From positions 645,038-709,037 of the forward strand of contig JAHQJS010000006.1 of assembly GCA_019057385.1 (NCBI GenBank): 64,000 nucleotides of DNA, read 5' to 3'. This DNA comes from Candidatus Borrarchaeum weybense. Its GTDB lineage: Archaea; Asgardarchaeota; Sifarchaeia; Borrarchaeales; Borrarchaeaceae. Under the pieces are notes generated by a model, which saw only the letters and a list, made by a program, of their open reading frames with translations, did not search any database and was not told the DNA's origin. How positions within the stretch are numbered: the first letter of the stretch is position 1; each line of letters begins with the position of its first letter. Position numbers and translations under genes: made by a program. Below, in pieces: positions 18,892 through 28,515 of this stretch.

Positions 18892-18909
18892 TAATTAACC
18901 CTTCGCGTT

Positions 18910-19203
18910 TTACGGAGTTATTCTAAACTTCTTCTTCTGCATTGATTTTTTGTAATAGTCACTCGGATTTGCCATACACTCCCATTCACCATTAAAAGAT
19001 ATAACAACAGACAATCCTAACTGACTAAATGCTCTTATCATCTTATGCTGATTTTTAGTTAAATAGGTCCCGTCTTTTTTTACTTCAACAAAGAAGGGGT
19101 CACCTTCTGGTGGGATTACTAAGAAATCGGGATAACCTCCTCTAAGAACTTCGCAACCACGTCTTTTTGCTTCTTCTTTAAATTTTTTTTCTAATTCATT
19201 CAT
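18910..19203 (-). CDS. VRR-NUC-like PD-(D/E)XK nuclease
   Basis: GYPDFLV...FFVEVK...LTKNQ. Confidence 0.8.
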   Translation of the reverse strand: MNELEKKFKEEAKRRGCEVLRGGYPDFLVIPPEGDPFFVEVKKDGTYLTKNQHKMIRAFSQLGLSVVISFNGEWECMANPSDYYKKSMQKKKFRITP

Positions 19204-19972
19204 CTTTATTCACCTTTTCCCAAACTTCTTCTGGAATAATTTTCGGAATACACTCTGGATGTGCTGCGTGCCACTTTCCTAACCAATAGAAATATCCGCA
19301 ATAAGTTTTGTTTTTGAGAATGCGAGAAACCTTTACAAGCCCTAGATTCATATCCTTTGCAATGTGGTATTTTGATTCATTTTTGGCTCTTCTCTTAAAG
19401 ATTTTCTCTACAAGTTCTTTTTCCTGTTCAACGATTTCAAAAATAGCAACTTCTCTACCAATCGAGGGAATAACTCGTTTTTTGTTTCGATAACCAAAAG
19501 GAGCTCTACTTTGAGGGATTCCCATTGTGATGTTAAATTTTTTTGATGTTTTGCTTTTGCTAATTTCTTCCTTTTTCTTTTCTGAGTCAGCGTAAGCGTC
19601 AATTGATTCGAGTAAATACGTTTTAGGATCGTTAAGATCGACTTTTGTTGTACCCTTCCAGACTTCTACACCAATCTCATCCAAAAGCCAAAGATTTTTC
19701 ATGCGGATCTTATGATCTCGCCCAAATCGACTTAAATCAGTGACAAAAATCGCAGTAAATTTACCTTGCCGGGCATCTTCGATCATTAGATTGAAGTTTG
19801 TCCGTTTAGAGGTATAACCACTTGCTGCTTTTTTGGCATCATCATAAAATCGCAGAAAATTATATCCCATGGCATCTATATTTTCCTTAATAATGTCTTT
19901 TTGGACCTCTGGACTTGTTTTGTCTTCTTGTCCAGAGGTACTTACTCTTATGTACCCTACGGCTTTTTTCAT
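19196..19972 (-). CDS. Serine recombinase (catalytic plus recombinase domain, no zinc ribbon/coiled coil)
   Basis: YIRVST, DLSRFGR, APFGY, ILKNKTYCG, PKIIPEEVW. Confidence 0.92.
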   Translation of the reverse strand: MKKAVGYIRVSTSGQEDKTSPEVQKDIIKENIDAMGYNFLRFYDDAKKAASGYTSKRTNFNLMIEDARQGKFTAIFVTDLSRFGRDHKIRMKNLWLLDEIGVEVWKGTTKVDLNDPKTYLLESIDAYADSEKKKEEISKSKTSKKFNITMGIPQSRAPFGYRNKKRVIPSIGREVAIFEIVEQEKELVEKIFKRRAKNESKYHIAKDMNLGLVKVSRILKNKTYCGYFYWLGKWHAAHPECIPKIIPEEVWEKVNKDE

Positions 19973-20084
19973 GGAATCCTCTCTGATTACAGTTATACCT
20001 ACAAGTGTAACTAATAACTTATATATAATTTTTACTACCTAAAACTTTATACTAAATTTATAGGTATGAAAAACCAATACTTAG

Positions 20085-20300
20085 GTGATAAAAATTTCTG
20101 ATACAGGAACTAAAACCTATAAGGTTAGAGTCAAAAAAGTTCCTTACCCGACTAAAGAAGGCATAAAATACTCCACGCAACATGAAATTACTATTTCCAG
20201 CGATTTAGCAAAAGCCTTCGGTTTAAAAAAAGGAACTGACTGCTTTTGGGAGTTCACAGCGACGGGAGGCGGAGGATTAGTTCTTAGAAAATTAAAATGA
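20085..20300 (+). CDS. AbrB-like DNA-binding protein
   Basis: QHEITISSDLAKAFGLKKGTDCFW. Confidence 0.7.
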   Translation: MIKISDTGTKTYKVRVKKVPYPTKEGIKYSTQHEITISSDLAKAFGLKKGTDCFWEFTATGGGGLVLRKLK

Positions 20301-20321
20301 ATTAAAGGAGGTCTTAAAAGA

Positions 20322-20705
20322 ATGTCGGTATCTTTGCCTTTGGTAAAAATCGAATGTCTTGAATGCGGGAGTCCCTTGCCCCGTATTCCAACAATAGAGA
20401 AGCCTGTTGAATGTATTTGTGGCTCAATTTGGGTTGGATACATTCTTGATGGAAAACTAATTTTAGCAAAACCAGAAGAAATAGTGAAAGAAAAAGTTGT
20501 GGTCAAAGAGGTTATTAAGGTCGTTGAAAAGCCCGTAGTTATACCAAACCCGAATCCAAGAACCGTGCCTGTACCACGATACCCTGACGTAACATCTCCA
20601 TGGAAAGACTGTACATATCCCTTTCGCAAATGGAAGGATCATGTGACCGTTGCAAGTGTACTATGGAAGAATGGGCTTAGTAAGGGTGTATCGTGGACTA
20701 AATAA
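20322..20705 (+). CDS. Zinc-ribbon hypothetical protein
   Basis: CLECG...CICG; GGAGG SD. Confidence 0.65.
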   Translation: MSVSLPLVKIECLECGSPLPRIPTIEKPVECICGSIWVGYILDGKLILAKPEEIVKEKVVVKEVIKVVEKPVVIPNPNPRTVPVPRYPDVTSPWKDCTYPFRKWKDHVTVASVLWKNGLSKGVSWTK

Positions 20706-20720
20706 AGGAGGCGTGATCGC

Positions 20721-21173
20721 ATACCGTATTATTGTGAAAACTGTGGATTCTACCTGGATAAGGATAGCGGGGCACCATACGAATGTACCGAATGTAAGGC
20801 ACTAGGGTCTTACAAAAGATGTGAACCTTTAAGCCCTGAATTAGTTGATATAGCTACTTGGAAAAAACCATATTTATTCGTAAACAGGTCAGAAATAGAC
20901 GATCTGAAAATGGAGAGGATTTTAGCAAAAGTACCTGTGTACGGACATCATACGAATCACATGATTCAAGACCTTTGGGATCATGCAATACGAAAGATCC
21001 AAGAAATTACAGAAGTCTCTCAGGAAAAGCCTGGAAAAGAAACACTTCGTAAGTTTTTAATGAAAACTATTGACGCGATAAACTGTCTCGAAATGCAAGT
21101 AGACAACATTCTGTCTGTAATCTATGGCGATCAGGAAGGTAAAGAGGACTTTGAAACGCAAGTACCTAAGTAA
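20721..21173 (+). CDS. Zinc-ribbon protein with probable ATA start (track has only 20910-21173)
   Basis: GGAGG SD, then ATA CCG TAT TAT TGT...; CENC...CTEC in frame with the 20910 ORF; in-frame stop at 20703; ends at a motif copy. Confidence 0.6.
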   Translation: MPYYCENCGFYLDKDSGAPYECTECKALGSYKRCEPLSPELVDIATWKKPYLFVNRSEIDDLKMERILAKVPVYGHHTNHMIQDLWDHAIRKIQEITEVSQEKPGKETLRKFLMKTIDAINCLEMQVDNILSVIYGDQEGKEDFETQVPK

Positions 21174-21194
21174 TGAGGAAGGAGGTGACTTAAT

Positions 21195-21536
21195 TTGGGA
21201 GATGTTGAATTAAGTGTTGGCTCAATAAGTTTTATTGTGATGTTATGGCTTACAATGAATTTTATTATTGGCTGGGCAGTTGGAGGAACTCTGATACACG
21301 GTGCTAAGTACTGCGGATTCGCGTTTATCTCAGGGTTCATACTGATTCCCTTTATAGGAATTGGCGCAGTGTTATATCTCTTCTTCGCACATCATCTTTT
21401 TACCTATACGGCTTTATTGAACTTCGTTGGATTAAAACCGAATCTCTGGCTGGCAATCGTGTTCTGGTTAGATGTAATCGGCGGCGTGGTTTTCACAAGT
21501 GCAATAATATTATTTTTGAGATGGCTACTTAGGTAA
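21195..21536 (+). CDS. Small membrane protein
   Basis: Three hydrophobic segments; bounded by motif copies at 21163 and 21526. Confidence 0.7.
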   Translation: MGDVELSVGSISFIVMLWLTMNFIIGWAVGGTLIHGAKYCGFAFISGFILIPFIGIGAVLYLFFAHHLFTYTALLNFVGLKPNLWLAIVFWLDVIGGVVFTSAIILFLRWLLR

Positions 21537-21865
21537 TGAGGTATGATCGAATGATCTCACAAGTAAAAAGTGTTTTTCTATTTTTTTACGAAAATGATCT
21601 ACTTGTGTTGCATATTGCGGTAGTTCTAACCGTCGCCTTCTTCTTGATTATCGGATTTTTGGTAGGGGCTATACTTGTCCTTCTTATTTTAGTCCTTTCA
21701 GATCTTAATATTTACAGGCTTAAGAAAAAAATCAAAGAACTCAATGATATACGTGAAAAGATTGAGCGATATAGACTTGAATTAAAGAAGAGACTTGCAG
21801 AACAACAACTGCCTGAACTACTCTTGAAAGAGATAGAACAATTGAAAGTTGAGGATGGGTTATAA
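21536..21865 (+). CDS. Membrane protein with coiled-coil tail
   Basis: ATG immediately follows the motif; hydrophobic N-terminal half. Confidence 0.65.
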   Translation: MRYDRMISQVKSVFLFFYENDLLVLHIAVVLTVAFFLIIGFLVGAILVLLILVLSDLNIYRLKKKIKELNDIREKIERYRLELKKRLAEQQLPELLLKEIEQLKVEDGL

Positions 21866-21970
21866 GTAATGATATCGGTAAAGAACTTAGAAAAATTAAT
21901 TAACAATCAAAAAGAAGAAAAGAAGGAATTTAAAGGAGTGTTTGCACCATTATAAGCCTTAATTTTCCCA

Positions 21971-22846
21971 TCAAAAGTAAATAAATAAATCTCCCGTTTT
22001 TTCGAAAAGTACGAGGTTAAAAAACATCAACCAGATATTAATGATTGCTAAAAATCTGATATAAATATTTATCACTGAAAAATATAACATTATTAGTATG
22101 AGACCTGTTAAGATGAGGCAAGTCAATATTAAAACTACATTTAGGATCGTTATCGTTCTGGCTAATTTTGGCTTCTTAATTGGTTCCTTATAGATATCAA
22201 GTCGATTCATATAATATTTGCTCCTTTTTTCAAAATAAAACCAGCACACCAAAAATGGTGATATAAGATCAAATAAAAAAATTAATAATACATTGAATTC
22301 TAATGGGGAAAAAGTCACAAGTGCATAGTAGTACGGAAATGTAATAAAGAAGGCGATGATAAAGCCAGAAAATGACATAACTGCTATAAATGTGCAAGAC
22401 ATTGCCATAGATTCTACGTTTGATAGTTTGTAGTTACAAATTTTAGAAATCTTTCTAACTATAGTGTCTTTCCATATCCTAACTAAGAAGATAATGGGAA
22501 TCATAAAAATGACCATTATTATCACGGAGAAGAATCTAACGATTAAAGCCATAGATAAAGTGGTAATAGACATAATAATGCCCAGAATCAAATATAACCA
22601 CCCTCTACATCTCTCAACAACGGAATCTCCTAATCCTCCTTTAATATATCCTACATAGAATGGAATAATCCAACCCAAGAAAAATAAAGGTAAGAAATAT
22701 ATCAGGGCACCAACTCCGCCAATAAACACTTGTATGAGTGCAAAAATGATAGTTATGGACGAGGAAAGAAATAACAACGCTGAATCGAGTTTTCCAATCC
22801 TTAACTTAACATCAAGATAATGTTTCAGGTCACTTTTGTCATTCAT
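21971..22846 (-). CDS. Multi-pass membrane protein
   Basis: About eight hydrophobic segments. Confidence 0.7.
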   Translation of the reverse strand: MNDKSDLKHYLDVKLRIGKLDSALLFLSSSITIIFALIQVFIGGVGALIYFLPLFFLGWIIPFYVGYIKGGLGDSVVERCRGWLYLILGIIMSITTLSMALIVRFFSVIIMVIFMIPIIFLVRIWKDTIVRKISKICNYKLSNVESMAMSCTFIAVMSFSGFIIAFFITFPYYYALVTFSPLEFNVLLIFLFDLISPFLVCWFYFEKRSKYYMNRLDIYKEPIKKPKLARTITILNVVLILTCLILTGLILIMLYFSVINIYIRFLAIINIWLMFFNLVLFEKTGDLFIYF

Positions 22847-23097
22847 TTCTTTTCACATTCTCTAAATCTTTATCCAAATAATTATTCAATTTCATCTATT
22901 AAACATACTACATTGTGAAAGGCGCAAAAATAAAAGTAATGCAGTCTCCTTGTGGCGTTGGTAGTTGTGGGGATTCACATTTTTATGATGAGGGCGATGA
23001 TTTCTTCGAGGATCCCTCTGACTTTTAGTAACATTCTCTTTTATTTTTTTAGATATCAAAGGACGTTAGTTTTTTATCTCTCGCATCATATACCAGA

Positions 23098-23445
23098 TTG
23101 CAGTATCCAGAGTTGATCAACGAAGAAACAGGAATATTTCTAGCAATCAGAACGGGAGTATTTAGTTCATTTTTAGTAGAAAATATTGGTGGTAATTACG
23201 TATTTTCTCATTCTGGAAGATTAAAGACAAAATTTACAGGAGATATAAGCTTATCATCGGAAAAGATTCACATAGTTTATTGCTTCGAAAGAGTATCAGA
23301 TTTATTTTGGTAGGCAAAATAAAATAAAGTAATTGAGTGCAATCAAAAAGTTTTAGAGATCAATCCTGAGGATAAAAAAGCAAAGATTATTTTAAAGCGA
23401 TTGAGAGTTATGTAAGAGTGGTTGAACTCGATCCTAAGTTTGAAC
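23098..23445 (+). pseudogene. Degraded TPR-repeat gene fragments
   Basis: YCFERV, KVLEINPEDKKA and RVVELDPKF segments broken by stops and frame changes. Confidence 0.4.
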
Positions 23446-23452
23446 GAGGGGA

Positions 23453-24403
23453 TTGAACATAAAGAATGAAACAATAACAATCATTTTAAAGAAATTAGCA
23501 GACTTGTATCCTAATTCTATGTTCAAGGAACAATTGAAACAATATATTTCTCTTTCAGACAGTGATTTGTCAAGATATATCCATTACATTGCGGAAAAGG
23601 GCTATATTAGAAAATCAAATGGTCCTCTTTTCAAAATAACCGCTGCTGGAATTCGGTATATTGGCGAAGAAATAGTTGATAATGAAACTCTTATGATCAT
23701 ACTTGAACAACTAAACAAGAATTATCCTAATTACGTAGAGAATATATTTTTTCAAGAATTCTTAGATATGGATGATTTTTCCTCAAGACGAATATTTTCA
23801 TATCTAGAAGAAACTGGCCTTGTTGAAATAAACTGGTTTGCAGGAAAAAGATTCGACATTAAGATCACTAGTTATGGTATTGATCAACTAGTTCCTGAAA
23901 AAAATAAACTTGCGAAAGAAGATACAATTTCCATGCCAAATGAGATAGAGATGGCGCTTGAGACCCCTTTTACGAATATAACTAAAGTTTCTGAATTAAT
24001 GCAAAAACTCAAAGGAGATATCCTTTTAATTGAGAAACACTTTGATCAAAAAGGCTTTAAGTTTGTAAAAAAACTCAATCCCTTGTTTGTAAGTAATGTG
24101 AAAATCTTAATGAGTACAGATCATTTAAGTAGAGATTTTAAGGATATATTTAAAGCCTTTAAAACCGAGATGGACAATAAAGGAATAACTGTAGAACTTA
24201 GAATTCTTGATGAAAAGGATGTTGAAAGAATACATGATAGATATATTTTAAGTGAAGAAAATTGTTATAATATTCCGCCGATGAATATTATTCATAAAAA
24301 GCTAGGAGACATCAAAAGAATCCAAGATGTTGAAAGTAAAAAAGCCTATTTTAAGAAATGTTGGGCTAGAGCAACTAATATTATAAAAATTAGCACAAAA
24401 TGA
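23453..24403 (+). CDS. Tandem winged-helix protein with PLD-like (HDR motif) C-terminal domain
   Basis: Two repeats ending KITAAGI / KITSYGI; IHDRYIL. Confidence 0.6.
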   Translation: MNIKNETITIILKKLADLYPNSMFKEQLKQYISLSDSDLSRYIHYIAEKGYIRKSNGPLFKITAAGIRYIGEEIVDNETLMIILEQLNKNYPNYVENIFFQEFLDMDDFSSRRIFSYLEETGLVEINWFAGKRFDIKITSYGIDQLVPEKNKLAKEDTISMPNEIEMALETPFTNITKVSELMQKLKGDILLIEKHFDQKGFKFVKKLNPLFVSNVKILMSTDHLSRDFKDIFKAFKTEMDNKGITVELRILDEKDVERIHDRYILSEENCYNIPPMNIIHKKLGDIKRIQDVESKKAYFKKCWARATNIIKISTK

Positions 24404-24421
24404 AGCCACTGTTGAATAGAA

Positions 24422-24979
24422 TCACTTGCCATACTCCTCGTTCCAACCCTTTTCTTTTGCTTCCTGAATTGAAAGTTCATTATCTACTTCAAGAAGAGTT
24501 GTTGCTAATTTTAGAAAAGTATCCATAAATTTCTTGTCATGTGCAGTCTCATAAGTTAGACCATCCGAAGAAGTGTACCGATCCTTGCTTACGATATGTG
24601 TGTATTCATGGGCAAAAAGGATCTGTGCACCAAGATCAATCAATGCTTTTATGGTATTTTTCCATTTGGGAAATCTTAATACAAAGAATATTTGTTTTTT
24701 CTTAGTAGTTTTATAGCGTTGAATTGTCATGTCTGCTCTGATATTCTCATCCTTGACGTTTTCTTGCTGATTAAGAACCAAGAAAAAAGGAGTTTTAATA
24801 TTAAACACCTTTCTTAGTCGATTTAGAGCAGTAAGAACATAATGAAACATTTGATCTTGGCAAATATCACATACGGTAAGATCAGAGCCGTTATTGGGCT
24901 TGTAATATATGTGGACCTTGTAACTGTCACATTTGAAAATATAATCATCTTCCCATTCTTTAGGCTCAGGTACTTTCAT
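24422..24979 (-). CDS. HEXXH zinc metalloprotease-like protein
   Basis: AHEYTH...AHDKKF. Confidence 0.7.
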   Translation of the reverse strand: MKVPEPKEWEDDYIFKCDSYKVHIYYKPNNGSDLTVCDICQDQMFHYVLTALNRLRKVFNIKTPFFLVLNQQENVKDENIRADMTIQRYKTTKKKQIFFVLRFPKWKNTIKALIDLGAQILFAHEYTHIVSKDRYTSSDGLTYETAHDKKFMDTFLKLATTLLEVDNELSIQEAKEKGWNEEYGK

Positions 24980-25404
24980 CCTTTAGCCTCCTGCAACAGG
25001 GAAATTTTACGAGATTGACCTGATTCTTTTTTATAACAGTTTGCTAACGCCTCTAAGGATCGTGCAATTCTCTTTCGTGCGGGCCAATCAATTTCTCCTC
25101 TGAGTGTTTCTTCGGCGAGTCTTAAACCGTATCCGCCAAAGATTAAACGTATCAGAGGGATGATTTCTCTCTGATGAACGCCATGTTTTTTTAGATCATC
25201 AAAGATTTTCCCTGCTTTAGGTGTCAAATCTTCTGTTTCTACATGATCGAACTCTTCAATGGCACAAACGGTCATACAACAATGCACACACCGCCCCCAC
25301 TCACATATATTCTCTTTTTCGAAATATCCATCACAAACATTGCATTGTTTCCATTCGTCGGGGTCTAATTGAATATATTTTGTTTTTTCCGTCATTTTAA
25401 ACAC
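24976..25404 (-). CDS. Cys-rich hypothetical protein
   Basis: CNVC...C...CVHCC. Confidence 0.6.
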   Translation of the reverse strand: MFKMTEKTKYIQLDPDEWKQCNVCDGYFEKENICEWGRCVHCCMTVCAIEEFDHVETEDLTPKAGKIFDDLKKHGVHQREIIPLIRLIFGGYGLRLAEETLRGEIDWPARKRIARSLEALANCYKKESGQSRKISLLQEAKG

Positions 25405-25435
25405 CCTTAATCATATCAAACATCATTTCAAGTAA

Positions 25436-25642
25436 TTACATTGTCAATTTTTTTTGCTGATGCTTTCCTTTTGATGTTTCTTTAAGTTCAGAATATAATC
25501 TCGCATATAGATCTGGGTTAATACAATCATATTCAGCCATGCTATCAGCTACCTCTAATAACAGGCGTTCAAGTCGTTTAACACGATCTTCTATTTTCAT
25601 AATATCAACTCCGTCAAAGTCTCTCACTTCATAGGAAACCAT
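25436..25642 (-). CDS. Hypothetical protein
   Basis: ORF track. Confidence 0.45.
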   Translation of the reverse strand: MVSYEVRDFDGVDIMKIEDRVKRLERLLLEVADSMAEYDCINPDLYARLYSELKETSKGKHQQKKLTM

Positions 25643-25788
25643 TCTAAACTCTCATCAAGTTTTTTATCTTCAGCAATCTCTTTAGAGATTATAAACATCT
25701 GATAAATAAATCTCTTTTTTCCCTTAATCGGTTGGTTGTTATTTGCGCTCAATAGTAAAAGAATCCATTTTTCAATGGGTTTAATCAT
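25624..25788 (-). pseudogene. Truncated Panacea/winged-helix-like gene (54 aa)
   Basis: MIKPIEKWILLLLSANNNQPIKGKKRFIYQMFIISKE...WFP then stop. Confidence 0.4.
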
Positions 25789-25853
25789 TTTACATCAAAA
25801 CATCCAATTACGTCAATGGTTAATTTCATACACAATAACTTGTAATTAGTGTT

Positions 25854-26273
25854 TTAGCACGCCTCTCCAACAAGATGTTTAGCCAATTTTTTGTTTAAAC
25901 CAATTTTTGTTAACTTTCGATACGTTCTACTTCCAATATTGCCTTTTCTTTCTTTTTTACAAAGTTTCATGGCTTCGAGTAATTCCCTTCTTTCCCTCTC
26001 CCATACTTTGAGATCTGCTTTTGCTTTGGTTAGTATCTCATCCGCTTGCTTTTTTGCATCCCTGATAATTTTTCTCGCTCGTTTTTGAGCTTCTTCTAAT
26101 TGTGCACGTGCCTTTTGAAGTGCTTTCATATTTTCTTTTAATAATTGATTGTATTCTTCGATGAGTTCATCCGCTCCGTCCTTTTCGTACTGTTCACGAT
26201 CTAAGATTTCTTTAACTTGCTTTTTAGCCTCAGTAATTAATGTTGCATGATGTTTTTGGTTTTTCATTCTCAT
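25854..26273 (-). CDS. Coiled-coil protein
   Basis: A/E/K heptads; ATG directly abuts the motif at 26274. Confidence 0.6.
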   Translation of the reverse strand: MRMKNQKHHATLITEAKKQVKEILDREQYEKDGADELIEEYNQLLKENMKALQKARAQLEEAQKRARKIIRDAKKQADEILTKAKADLKVWERERRELLEAMKLCKKERKGNIGSRTYRKLTKIGLNKKLAKHLVGEAC

Positions 26274-26423
26274 TACCTAAGTAGTTTTAATTTTGGTGGG
26301 ATAGGAGACGCCTAATCCATTCAGGACTTTTATAAAAATGACCAGTCTGTTACAAGATGCAGTTTTTTGATCGCGGCATTCATCTCTGTATTCTCGTGTC
26401 TCCTATCCTTTCACCACAATTAA

Positions 26424-26603
26424 TTAGTGGTCCGTTAACCCCATTGCAATTCCTTCTTCTACTACTGCGTTGTCAACGTACAATTTTATTGCTTCGATAC
26501 CCGCTTTTTTCAAATGACCACGCTTTTTTCCGAACTTGTGTATAGCAACGTCTCGAAACTCATTTTCTAAATCGTCTGGAATTTCAACAGTGATTTTTCC
26601 CAT
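26424..26603 (-). CDS. Ribbon-helix-helix regulator (not in ORF track)
   Basis: MGKITVEIPDDLENEFRDVAIHKFGKKRGHLKKAGIEAIKLYV. Confidence 0.8.
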   Translation of the reverse strand: MGKITVEIPDDLENEFRDVAIHKFGKKRGHLKKAGIEAIKLYVDNAVVEEGIAMGLTDH

Positions 26604-26721
26604 TGGTTACACCTTATAAGATAATCGAATATCTTATATACCATCTACCAATATATAATTTATGGTACTCAATTTTTAGGTATTATAACATGAGTACTTA
26701 AGTAATTAGGAAGGTGAAAGA

Positions 26722-27609
26722 TTGGCAAAACTCATTGAGTTTTTTGACAAAACACCAGAAGGGATTGTTTGTCCGCACTTCTGGATGTTGAAATTTGCCC
26801 GAGGGTGCAGATATGGTTGTTCGTACTGTTATCTCGCCCTTACTTATCGAATACAGGGCGTCAAGCCACATCTGTATTCTTGGAATCAACTAAAAGACGA
26901 CTTTTGTAATTTTTGTGAAAAAGTAGAATATCCTACTCTTCTCAATGCAGGGGAATTGACTGACTCTTTCTTGATGGAAAACACGGATAATCCGTTTTCA
27001 ACATTTATTGTGCCACTTTTTGAGTCACAGAACGTACATAAAATACTTTTCTTGACGAAATCAAATAACCTTCGCAATTTTCGGTTTTTATTTGAGCAAG
27101 GCAACGTGACACAAACAATTCTTTCCTGGAGTGTCAATATTCCGAAGGTGGCCCATCAATGGGAAAAAGGCGCACCAAGTCCTATAAGACGAATACATGC
27201 ATTTGGCAACGCCACTTATTGTATTCCAGGATCGACACGAATACGAATAGATCCCATGCTTCCTGTAGAAAATTGGAAAACGAAATATGAGGATTTACTA
27301 AAGAATATTTTTGACTTTGGCTTTCCTGAGAGAATAACTCTTGGAACTCTTCGCTATTTTCCTTCGCTTCCCTCAAGGTTGAAGAAGTTAGAACGAGACA
27401 CTTCCTTATTTGACCTCTTTCCAGCAGAACGCTGTGCTGAGGATGGGAGGTATCGCTTAACGGATCGAGAAGAAATCTATCGTCACATGATCCGCTTATT
27501 AGAAGAAAAATTTGGCTATTCTCGATATGCACTTTGTAAGGAGACTCAGGACGTATGGGATAATCTGGGTCTTGATTCTAAGAGATGTCTGTGTAACTGT
27601 CAACTATAA
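26722..27609 (+). CDS. Spore photoproduct lyase-like radical SAM protein
   Basis: CRYGCSYCY, GELTDS, FLTKS, RIDP, LGTLR. Confidence 0.8.
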   Translation: MAKLIEFFDKTPEGIVCPHFWMLKFARGCRYGCSYCYLALTYRIQGVKPHLYSWNQLKDDFCNFCEKVEYPTLLNAGELTDSFLMENTDNPFSTFIVPLFESQNVHKILFLTKSNNLRNFRFLFEQGNVTQTILSWSVNIPKVAHQWEKGAPSPIRRIHAFGNATYCIPGSTRIRIDPMLPVENWKTKYEDLLKNIFDFGFPERITLGTLRYFPSLPSRLKKLERDTSLFDLFPAERCAEDGRYRLTDREEIYRHMIRLLEEKFGYSRYALCKETQDVWDNLGLDSKRCLCNCQL

Positions 27610-27627
27610 TTTGAGGAGGGTTAAGAA

Positions 27628-28026
27628 ATAACAAGCCGTGAAATTGAAAAGAAAATCTATCCGCTAACCATAGACCGCGATTTGATTCCTTTAAACCAAC
27701 TAGAGGTAATTTTAGGGGCTAAAATTCGTGAATTAGACTACATACGGATCTGCCCCAACTGTGAGAATGTCTATTTTACGTGTAAAAACTGCTCTTATGA
27801 TTCTCCGATAGTGTGTCGAGGTTATTATTTATCGCGTAGATCGGTGGAAGAAATACCGAAAAAATATGATGTTACTCGATGTCGAGACTGCCGCACAATT
27901 CATCTTCTAAGACATACAGAGGTCATAAATTTTGAAGACGCACTCTTTAAAGAGATACCATTTGAGCAATTTTGTGGGCTATGCAGTGAACACTTTGCTT
28001 ACGAGGACGATGAGGAGGAGGGATAA
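27628..28026 (+). CDS. Multi-zinc-finger protein, probable ATA start
   Basis: Several CxxC pairs; GAGGAGG SD then ATA, in frame with the track ORF at 27682. Confidence 0.6.
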   Translation: MTSREIEKKIYPLTIDRDLIPLNQLEVILGAKIRELDYIRICPNCENVYFTCKNCSYDSPIVCRGYYLSRRSVEEIPKKYDVTRCRDCRTIHLLRHTEVINFEDALFKEIPFEQFCGLCSEHFAYEDDEEEG

Positions 28027-28028
28027 AC

Positions 28029-28514
28029 ATTCCAAGAACTTCTGTACTTATTGGTGAAGAAGGCATCGAAATTGCCAAAGAAAAACTAGCAGAACTAAAG
28101 ATCTTTGCAACCAATGGTACGGGGACGTGGGGTCAGGCAGACATAGTTGCATCCTTTAACGAACGTCCTCTCTATATCGAAGTTAAATATAGTCGTTTGT
28201 GGAACTACTACGTTCATAACGGGAAAAAATGGAAGCGTTTAGCAAATATCCACATCACTAAAGTACAATTAGAGGGGCTACAAGAGGCAGAACGGAATGG
28301 AATTTTTTCGATATTCCTCTTTCTTTTAAAAACACAGCGCAAAGTTATTACAAAGTTTTTGTTCCCTTCAGAAGTCCTCTTGAGTTCCAATGATAAGAAA
28401 GAATATGGCAAAGTAGCCATAACAGAAATTCTTGATATAGGACGCCCGTTAAGAGATTTACCTCTTCTTTTGTCAATGAAGGAAACAGACATAATACAGA
28501 AGGCGATCAGGTAA
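28029..28514 (+). CDS. Hjc-like PD-(D/E)XK nuclease, probable ATT (or ATA 28023) start
   Basis: GEEG...ADIVA...YIEVK lies upstream of and in frame with the track ORF at 28197; in-frame stop at 28011. Confidence 0.7.
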   Translation: MPRTSVLIGEEGIEIAKEKLAELKIFATNGTGTWGQADIVASFNERPLYIEVKYSRLWNYYVHNGKKWKRLANIHITKVQLEGLQEAERNGIFSIFLFLLKTQRKVITKFLFPSEVLLSSNDKKEYGKVAITEILDIGRPLRDLPLLLSMKETDIIQKAIR

Positions 28515-28515
28515 A

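Noticed and set aside
26330-26370. Twister-ribozyme-like GTTACAAG loop
   Set aside because: Could not build the required stems and pseudoknots by eye.
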